Both the position numbers and the translations under genes were made by a program. The notes below the pieces were generated by a model. That model was not told the origin of the DNA and did not search any database. It saw nothing but the letters and a program-made list of their open reading frames with translations. Positions 54,424-64,000 of a DNA stretch of 64,000 nt are shown here, in pieces. The number at the start of each line of letters is the position of its first letter. The stretch's first letter is position 1. This DNA is from Chrysomallon squamiferum (Eukaryota > Animalia > Mollusca), in the NCBI GenBank assembly GCA_012295275.1, contig CM022667.1, positions 9,982,001 through 10,046,000 of the forward strand, given 5' to 3'.

Positions 54424-55917
54424 AATAAAATAAAATAAATAAACAGACAGACAAACAGAAGACACACCTCTAAGATTGGCATCTCTTCCAGGACAACAAG
54501 ATCCAGTCTTCTGTCAGGTCCGTAATTCTTCTGCATTTTGTCTTCGCTGGTGATGTTTAACCTGGGACCCTGCACCTCCAGCCTCTGCTTGCCGCGCACA
54601 TAGATGCTGCTCACGTAGCTCTGTTTTGGCATGCTGTTGCCGCCAGTGATAGCAGCAGATGGATTCAGTGTGCTGGTGCCAAGGTTGTATGCCAAGCCAA
54701 CAACACGTAGTTCACCAGGTTGCCGTGGTATTAGAGTCAAATGAATCTGTAATTACCCAAATATTCTTTTTAACTGCTTAGTGTTGACTAGAGTCAAATG
54801 AATCTGTACAAAAAATTTTTAATTACTTAATGTCCACAATTGTTTTAAAAAAAGGTTTCTATGAAATAGAAAGGAGAAATATGAATCATTAATAGGACAA
54901 GATTAATTATCTGCAAAAGGATATAAAATCCTCTACAATTAGGAAACTGACCAAAGTAAAATAACATCATGGGCTTTTTCAAAGGCAATTTTCCCATAAA
55001 AGGTTCCAACTCCAAATTAACAAAGATACTGATTTCCACTGACAATTACAGATTAATGATATCCTTCACAAAATGAAGGAGAGAGATGATCCGTGAATTC
55101 TAAAACAAATTCAGAAAACTGTTTCACTGTTATAACTTTCTGCTTCTTAAAACTGAAACTTTTCAGCGATTAAGAAAACACTACAACAGTTAAAACACGG
55201 GACATTACATACCGGCTTTTTCTGTTGTCCCTCAAGGACAACTTCCTTGACAACAGTGGTCTGGATGATTTCATCTGCCAGATTGTTCTGAAAATTTCAA
55301 ACAATGAAAGAATTATTGGCGATGTGCATGTGTGTGTCTGTAACTTTCAAATGATACAAGTCCTATGGAATCTTGTATTGGGTAAATGTACAGTTGAGAG
55401 TGTGTATTTAACTGTGTTATATTTATGTGGGTGTTTGAACAGAGAGAGGAGGAGAAACAAAGAGAAAGACTGACAAAGAAACAGGCTGAGGCAGGCAGAG
55501 GTTAACAAAACACTGAAACAAATACAGAAAGAAAGAGAGAGACAAAGTTTTAAAAATATTGGTTATAACACAGACAACTACTGCATCAAAGGCAACAGTA
55601 TAAATCTTCCAGCCTAAGAGAAGGTGCATATATAATCTTCCTTGCTGCTACTCAGTACAAGTAGCAGTAACTATTTACTGAGAAATAGTCAAGAAAAAAA
55701 TATAATATCATGTTTATACCATTAATATTAAAATGTAATCATGACAAAGAGAATCTAAAATTACCTTCACTCCAGTAGAGACCTCGTTGGAGATCAGCTG
55801 AGGTTTGTCAGTCCCCGCAATACTGGGAAGAAACGACCACAACAACATCACATCAGACAGAACCAAAGTAACAAGAAGTGGATTTTCAACCTGCACTTCA
55901 ATAATGATAGGTTCTGA

Positions 55918-55951
<34 letters not shown>

Positions 55952-56331
55952 GAGAGGAACAGATGTAAATATGATAAACAGAGAAAGCTACTAACATAAA
56001 TACTGTCTGTCTGAGTGTTTCTCTTTCTCTCTCTCACTCTGTCTATCTATCTCAATATTATCTTACCTCCGACAAAGGTTGCTGGACTGAATTTGTTGTC
56101 TGTTTTGTTGGTGAAGAGTTTGAGTGTGGGTCTGAAGGTCAGCGGCAGTATGCCGTTGTTAGCTGCTGCCACCAGCCTTTCCTCCAGCATCTGCCACTTT
56201 GAGTTCTGCTTCTCATCGTGGTCAAACCAAATACCAGAGGCTGGGGTCTTTGTAACCGTTTCTAAAAAATATATATTTTTTTTTTTTAATGTCGTCTTTT
56301 ATTAGAAAAACATTATACCAAGTCATTACAG

Positions 56332-56367
<36 letters not shown>

Positions 56368-58219
56368 CCTCCTTATAATTGTTTTTTATTTGTTTGTTTT
56401 TAACTGGAAAGGTGCAGGTAATATAACACGTTATCCACTGACATTAAAAAATCAGCTTTTAAAAACTGTCCACTTTTTTCTATCACTAACAAATCAATTT
56501 TACAAGATTCTCTATTGAGAATAAAACCAATTTCAACAGAAAAGAACTTTTTTTTATTTATTTTTGGATCAAGATTCATAAATGATAACATTTTTGGTTA
56601 CATTTTAATTTACTTTATTTTATTCTGTGTAGTGTTGTTTATCGTTACTATTATTTGTTTTATTTAAGCTGATTATGAAAAATTTGCCATTTCACCTTGT
56701 CTGCCAGGGTGTGTCCCTAGCAACACTTTGATAGCGCTGACATCCAGGTTTGGCAATGGAAGTTCAGGCAGTCTTCCATAGGAACAACTCTCACCTGCAT
56801 CTAATGCCAGCTGTTGCTGAAATGCAAATGAAAATAAATAAATTAAAAAATTAAAACCAAAAAATGTTTGTAATTTAGAAAAATGGTATCAGAAAGTAAG
56901 AAATTGATAGTAATAAAATAGCAGCTAATCAGATCAAACTGTAATATAAAAAGGTAAAGCAAAAAACAAAAATGAATACATCATTACATGAATGAGATTC
57001 AATGGATGGGTGGGTGGGTGGATTAACAAAATAAAAACTAATCAAATGAAAAGATATCCCAGTAAATAGCAAAAGCAAGGCAAATTTTTTTTTAAATTAA
57101 TACATAAATGAATGGATGGATGGATGGATGGATGGATGGATGGATGGATTAATTAATGTTTAATGACCGTTCAGTATAAAATTACTATTCATATCAGCTA
57201 TTAATACTTTTGCACAACATCAATTATCATTTTAATGGACTTTACTGTAATCTACACTAAAACTGTAAAAGGGAAAATTAATAAATCCAGTAAGAAATAA
57301 CAATTATCCAAGATCATGTTTTGGTTCCATAGCTATTCTGTAAGCCTCATATTGTATACAAAAAACAAAAAAAACAATGATAAATGAAAGGGTGGAGATG
57401 ACTGGAACTTCATCAAGGGGAAAGAAGCCTGCAAGTAAAGATGAGACATTTCACTTACTTTGTACACAAACAGGTATTCTCTAATGAATGCTCCCTGCTG
57501 CACTGCTGGCTGCTTGCTCTCTCCCATCAGAAGATGTTTAAAGGCAGACGTGGCGTTTTCCAGTTGTTTCAGATTAAACGACTGTCGCCCGATTGTGAAA
57601 TGTATGTGGTCCTGCGATTTAAAATAATTAGTATTTAGCTTTGTTCAGCAAAACTTTTGATTTAAAAATTATTACTGCAGTAAAATCTCTAATGGAATTA
57701 TTACAGAAAAGCAACTGTTTGGAATGTCAAAACATTTTAAATAAATTAAAACTTTTTTATGATTATTAGTAAAGATTGGCATCAAAAAAATAAATAAAAA
57801 AATAAATAAATAAAAAATAAAAGTAAATAAATAAATAAAAATATTTATAAAAGTAACAAAAAAAGTAATGACAAATAAAATGTGTTTTATGCTTGTTTTC
57901 TACCAATATAGAGACAGATCTTTTGGAAAAGTACAAAATATTCATACTAGATTATATATGCTAATAAAAAATGTATTTACCTCTGATAATTTCCACTGTT
58001 TTCCTTTAAATATCTGTAAAGCCTGAGAATATGCTCTTAGGGAATGTTTTCTCTGAAATAAATAAATAACAAATAAAATAATTTTTATGACAATTTTACT
58101 TCCAACACAAAAAAGCTGCTATTAAAACACATAATCACACAAATGTACAGGTACAAGCATAAATATATTCATTCGTGCATGCATACACATATACATACAT
58201 ATGCTGAAAAAGGGAGAGG

Positions 58220-58284
<65 letters not shown>

Positions 58285-61200
58285 ACTTACTCACTAGTTT
58301 TTATTGACCTTCAGGTATGATATGCACAAAAAATTACCAGTATCAGAAATGCTAACTATTAATATAATATATTAGATGAGATATTTCAGAATGCTTCTCA
58401 CCTGGCCTGCTTTGTTAAATCTGTGACCAGCTAGGATCATGTGGAATGCATATTTTCTAACCATCGGAGCCTTCATGTTGATAAAACAATGAGCCCCTTG
58501 TTCCAGAAACAATGCACTTGCCAAATCTGTGTCCTGAATAAACAGACAAATAAAGCAAAATAATATCCTGAATAAGCATTCAAATAGAACCAAATCAGTA
58601 TAATGAATAAATATTCAAAAAGTTAAATCACCAAATATTTCAGAAATAGCATCATAATAAATGTACACAAATAATAAATATTTGAATAATAATATAGTAA
58701 TAATTGTATGCTAATCAGTATCTTGAATGAGTATTTTAACAAAAAAAATCAAAAACAGAATCCCATAATAATATAAATGAATTTTGTAATGAACTTAGAA
58801 TAAATAGTTTAATATTAAACAGAATCCTAAAACAAAATTATTGTAATAAAGACAGATATATCAGCATCAATTGTTTCTCATAAATTAATGCAGCCATATC
58901 TGTGCACTGAGTATTATGAAGCAATCATATCTAAGTGTAACAAATTCATGACAAATGGATATAATCTTTACTTAATAAAATGGTGAAGTATAAATAATGA
59001 AAACAGAATCTTCAAGACAAGAAGCCTCACATGTGCCAATCAATATCCTGAAGTTAAGAAAAATATTGAAGTATCACGTGACAATAACTAAATCAATATC
59101 TGGAATATAAGATATTGTACATGTCAAAAACTGAAGAAAAAACCACACACACACCTCACTAGTCATCTTGAGAAACTGCATGGCTGCCTCGTGATACATT
59201 CCTCTGCACTTCAAAGCTTCAGTGCTTACCAGTGTGGCCCTTGTTGCATATTGCATATTCCTGAAAAATTATGGTGAAAAAAAAAAAAAATCAATTTTTT
59301 TGCCTACCAAATAATAAACATGCCCATTGCAAAATTAATATACAGACCAAATCTAGTCCAGAATATAGTCCAGAATATTAATTAAAATATATATTTACAA
59401 TGTTTAAAAGTCAGAGAGAAAGTTACCTGCACGATGTGAGGTATGTTGTGATGGCTGATTCCATGTAATGATGAGGATACTGTCTCTGACTAGCACTGCC
59501 TAGCATGAATATGGATATACTGGCCATCTCCTAAAAAATAAATCAGTTAAAACAATATATACATATATATATATATTTCAATATACATTACTACAGAAAT
59601 GAGAAAACAATATACAGAAATGTTTTACTATGATACAGAAAGTCTAAGAATTAAATCAACATTCATTTAATGATGATTTATCCAAATTAGGATCCGGAAA
59701 AAAAAAAAGAGAAAAATGTACAGCTTAGAAAACCAATGTCATAATTTTGTTTGCATACTGTAAGATTAATGGAAGGAAAACAGGCAACAATTTACCAGAG
59801 CTCCGGCGAAGTGCAGCCAAGCGTGGTCATTGTTGAAGTCTCTCTTAGCTGTGTGGTATGTGTGGTATGCAAAGTCGTACATCTGAAACAAAAACGCGAG
59901 ATCTGCCAGTCGACGCAGCTGTAGCTCTGGGGCCTCGGAAGTATACCTGAAAATAAAATTAACATAATTAGTACATAGTACTGTATGTAGTTCAGTACTG
60001 AAAAGTACCATAACAAAATACTAATATGTTATGTTATTATTGTGCGTACACAATGGGATAATACTGTTGTCAACAGGAATTCATGAAGTGAATATAGTTA
60101 CAATACAAAAATAGGATTTTGTGTTCAGCAGTAAAATTGTATATAAAAAATATTTAAATTTTAATATGCAAGTGTGAGTTGACTAAAAAGTAGAAAACAG
60201 GATTGCATGAAGTGAGAATTTATTTCTCATAATTAAAACGAAACAATGTAGATGTGTGTTCATAACAAACATTTGACATAAAAAAATATTTCTGATGCTA
60301 AAATGATAGAGTAGAAATAATCGATTAATTATTTACTTATGTTAGTTTTGAAAAAAAAATATCTGTGTATTATGTTATGATAATATTTTAAAGCATGATT
60401 CATAATGAAAAGTATCTAAAAAAAGGAACTCAAAGTGAAAAGTCATTTCAAAATTAAATAAGATGTACAAAATATACACATGATCAGTGATCATTCAACA
60501 TTAAAATGATGCTATATAAAAATATTACTCATAATCAGTGATGTATTTAGTAACAGATTACACATATTCAGTGATGTATTTAGTAACAGATTACACATAT
60601 TCAGTGATGTATTTAAAGTAACTAAAAAGAAAGAACGTGTGTGTAGGAGAGTACAAGTGTGAACTCACACAACTGAAGTGTTCTGGTTGGCCTGTATGGG
60701 ACCTGCCGGTTTGTTACTGCCAAACCATTTCTTAGTTGCACTGAAAAATGACCGATGAAGTCCTTTCCTTGACGTCAACTGAAAATAAAATAAAATAAAA
60801 GTTATTAGAGATTTCAGCTGAATAGATAACTAGTTATTTGATACTGATCTGAGTCTGCTGATAATTGTGATGATGATGATTATTTGTTATTTATTTGTTG
60901 TGGTTTTCTTTTCCTTTCCTTTTGTTCTTTGTTGTTGTTGTTCTTATTTAATTTTTATTCATTTATTTCTTTGTTTTGGTTTGTTTGTTTGTTTGTTTGT
61001 TAAGTGAAAGATAACTGGGTTTTATTGATAAAGTATGAAAGAAAAAAATCAACTACTATTTAATGAAACCTTCCACAAACAACAGTGTGTAGATTTTAGA
61101 TGACCAAGTTGTGGGCATTAAGATAATATATATATAGATATATATATATTTTAAATGATTAAAAAATATGTAAATATAACTATTAAAAAAAATTAAATTA

Positions 61201-62207
61201 AAAAGCTCTTTTGCATTTTAATATAATACTAAATAAATTACAAATATATATTATTAACAGTAGCTTTCTGCTGCAATGGTTAATGACTAAATTTAGGAAT
61301 AAATGAAGGGATGAAGAAACAACAGAAGTCAAAATAAATGAGTGAAAAAAATGAATGAATCACTCAGTGAGTCGGGTTGAATGAACTGTTCTGACTGACT
61401 GAGTAAGTGATAAAAAAAAAAATAATAATAATAATGATGATGATGATGATGATGCTGATAACAATAATAGTAATAATAAATTAATAATAATAATAATAAT
61501 AATAATAAAAATAACAACTTAATTAATCTGTTTAATCTAAGGGCCATCTCGTAACACCTACCTGGTCATTGAACACTCTCATCTGATTCTCGGCCCAAGG
61601 AATCAGGGCTCGGACGACAAACTCGTGCATGAAGATCTTCAGCCGGTCCATGTCGCTGGACGTCAGACAGATTCCGTGCGCTCGAAGCTTTGCCTTCTCT
61701 CTTGTCTCCGTGGAACTCTGCGAGGACTTAGAATCCTGGTACCCATTGGCTGCAGCTGTCCCGTCCCCCTCGCGAGACACGTCAGACTCCAGGTTCACGT
61801 TTACGTTTGCTGTGAAAGCCAGCGGGTGGTCTATGAGTAGGTTGCTGGTGGAGTTGCTTTCTGAAACAAAAAATTAAATAAATAAATTTAGTTAAAACTG
61901 TAATATCTTAAAATTTAAATTAGTTTCTTGCTGGAGGAATAATTTCTTTTTCTTAAAAAGTGTATCTGAGGTTGTGAAAAGAAACAGTTCTGCTACTTCT
62001 TTTTTTTTTTTTTTTTGAAAATTGAAACGTGTGTTTGTTTTGTTACTTCTATTGTTGTTGTTTTTGTTTTTTGTTCTTTAACAGTAAAAATGTAGTAATT
62101 GCTAAGCTGAAAAAACAGTTACTTAAAATATTTTTGTGTTTATTTCAAGTAAGTGTTTTATTTATTTGTTGCTAAAATGCACTTGCGAAAGGTGCTAACA
62201 AACATCT

Positions 62208-62240
<33 letters not shown>

Positions 62241-62762
62241 TCTTTTAAAAAGAATTGTCAGTTATATTTCTTAAATTTCTTTTTTAAATGCTAGAAACAA
62301 CCTGTTCTATAATAAAACAATGAAATATACAACTTCCTGAATACTTCCCAGCAATAATTATTTATAATCCAACCTTTGTTCATAATAAAGTCTGACTATA
62401 GTATGATACACATCCATTTTGTCTATTTTTTTAGTCTTGGACAGCAAATTAAACACTTGAAGTGAAAATCTGGAAGTCACAGATAAAAAAAGAATAGAAA
62501 AGAAGAATGACGAGGCAAAAAGGAAAGAAAACAGACCAAATAAAAAGAAAAAGAGAACAGTCATTCTAACGAAAACTCTGAACAGACCTGACACACTACA
62601 TGATAACTTGCTTTCTGTGGCTTCCATCCCGGTCTCTATGGAGCCCTCCATGATGGACGATGAGTCAAGATCTTGGCCTTGGGTCAGATCTGGCTCAGAC
62701 AAATGAGATGGAAAGATGGATTCATCATCTTGAGACTGGAGATAGTCGTACTCAACTCCTTC
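48813..62762 (-). CDS. TRAPPC8: Trafficking protein particle complex subunit 8 (TRS85 homologue), 5'-truncated by the window. 24 exons: 62762-62588, 61860-61562, 60778-60669, 59946-59796, 59530-59427, 59260-59155, 58533-58402, 58052-57981, 57611-57459, 56816-56696, 56261-56067, 55913-55765, 55287-55213, 54746-54468, 53998-53601, 53339-53186, 53033-52931, 52530-52462, 52051-52008, 51677-51498, 50867-50763, 50406-50261, 49780-49691, 49116-48813
   Basis: The exons join in frame (3714 nt, 1237 aa plus stop), all with GT-AG introns. Recognisable TRAPPC8 motifs: HGICLT.SD.DR...F.HEF..RAL.P, SRKGL.RS.FSATKKWF, EAPELQLRRLADLAFL, SALFLEQ.AHCFINMK.PMVRKYAFHMILAGHRF.KAGQ, DHI.FTIGRQS, RGKQ.LE.QGPRLN, YGPDRRLD, GQHHV, PGVYNL. 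Confidence 0.95.
52531..52810. repeat. 23-25-bp minisatellite (about 11 copies) overlapping a TRAPPC8 splice acceptor
   Basis: Unit cttgtcaaaataacacacattgaa/ttaat; the first unit contains the acceptor of exon 52530-52462. Confidence 0.88.
60534..60615. repeat. 33-bp tandem repeat, about 2.4 copies, in a TRAPPC8 intron
   Basis: tcagtgatgtatttagtaacagattacacatat repeated. Confidence 0.85.
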
Positions 62763-64000
62763 CTGTAGGGGGAAAAAAATATATATAATACAATATTTTA
62801 AACAACCTCTCAAAACAGCTGTTAAAACATTATACATTTCAAATAATTCTTCACACTGTCATTAAAATAATATATATAATTTTATAAAAAATCTGACATA
62901 CAATCATTAAACAACATTACAAACAACCTGTCACACAATCATTTGAACAATACAGGATTTTGAACAATTATTCATGTACTCGTGTTAAAACAATATACAC
63001 CGTTTTAAACAATTCCCCACAATGTTGTTAAAACAATACACATTTTCACACCATTTAGTTATTAAAATAGCATAGATTTAAAATAGGCACCTGAACAGCC
63101 ATTAAAACAATATAAAACATTTTAAACAACACCATCAGCGAAATATGTATATTATAAGTGTGGTGTATTGTAAATGATAAAAAAGAGTCAATTTAAGGAA
63201 ATATGAATATTAATATTAATATTAATCAAAACAACAATAACAATAATGATAGTAGCAATAATAATAAAAACATTTTTCATTCTTATGGTTGGAATTTTGT
63301 TTTTTATCTGACACTTTCAGTCTGATAAATGTTTACTAGCATTTCATAGTCCAAAATGCTGGTTTAATAAGAAACAAAACATTTCATTTCCTTTTATTAT
63401 CATAAATATATGTGCAAGATGACAACAACACCTCACACAAAAAAATTGAAAAAAATCAATGAAATTTCCAAAGCAGAGAAATAGATACCAGTACAGATTA
63501 AAAGTTAACAACAATGACAACAGCAACAACAAAATAACAAAAACAGCTTCAAAAAATTCAAAAGAACATTCAACAGTAATTTTATGTCTATGAGTGATGG
63601 AATAAACAATTCTGAACTTTTCTAAATCGAATTTTTTTTATTTTTTAATTCTCATTACAAATCTTTGCTAACAATAAAGTATAGCAGTATTATAACAAGC
63701 TTATGAAAGTGTATGGACATTTTATTTTGACAACATAATTTATTGTACTTAATGCATGCAAATATCGAAGAAAGACTGAGTATACCCCAAATATTTTAGC
63801 TACATTACTGAGTGTGTCAGTGTTGGAGATTATACAAAAAATATAAAAGAAAAACTGCAGACCTACAGACATGAAGCTGTCTGTGCGAATTAAAAAATAA
63901 ACAAGGTAACAAATGTCATACCATTTGTTTTACAAGATGCAGACCACTCAAATATATCAAAAAATATCTATTTAATTCAGGATAATTTCTTATCTTTTGG

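Noticed and set aside
63915-64000. Possible further TRAPPC8 exon ending at a GTATGA donor near 63921
   Set aside because: The phase-0 frame needed to join exon 62762 contains stops and shows no TRAPPC8-like sequence.

Overview
AT-rich, microsatellite-dense animal genomic DNA. It is not prokaryotic: it has spliceosomal introns, and most entries in the ORF track are translated simple repeats. Gene content and style suggest a lophotrochozoan, probably a mollusc (inference). By following splice sites and reading-frame phase by hand I reconstructed five genes. (1) The last coding exon of an APCDD1-like Wnt inhibitor (+, 4559-5341). (2) A complete 4-exon theta/delta-like glutathione S-transferase (-, 15891-13667) that needs a GC-AG intron. 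(3) A complete 11-exon secreted protein with an angiopoietin-like N-terminus, coiled coil, 5 EGF repeats and a fibrinogen C-terminal domain (-, 32641-21450). (4) A complete 3-exon AQP4-like aquaporin (+, 41928-44508). (5) The 3' 24 coding exons of TRAPPC8 (-, 62762-48813). The most notable non-coding signals are a degenerate ~75-bp tandem array upstream of the aquaporin that keeps a perfect CRE palindrome in five consecutive units, heat-shock-element-like sites on both sides of the GST, intronic repeats built from splice acceptors in TRAPPC8, a TA-flanked MITE-like element, a probable haplotype-collapse artefact beside a VNTR, and an apparent CpG-depletion boundary near 45 kb. I saw no CRISPR, rRNA, tRNA or autonomous transposon. 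No wholly new system can be claimed from sequence alone; the findings are testable leads.
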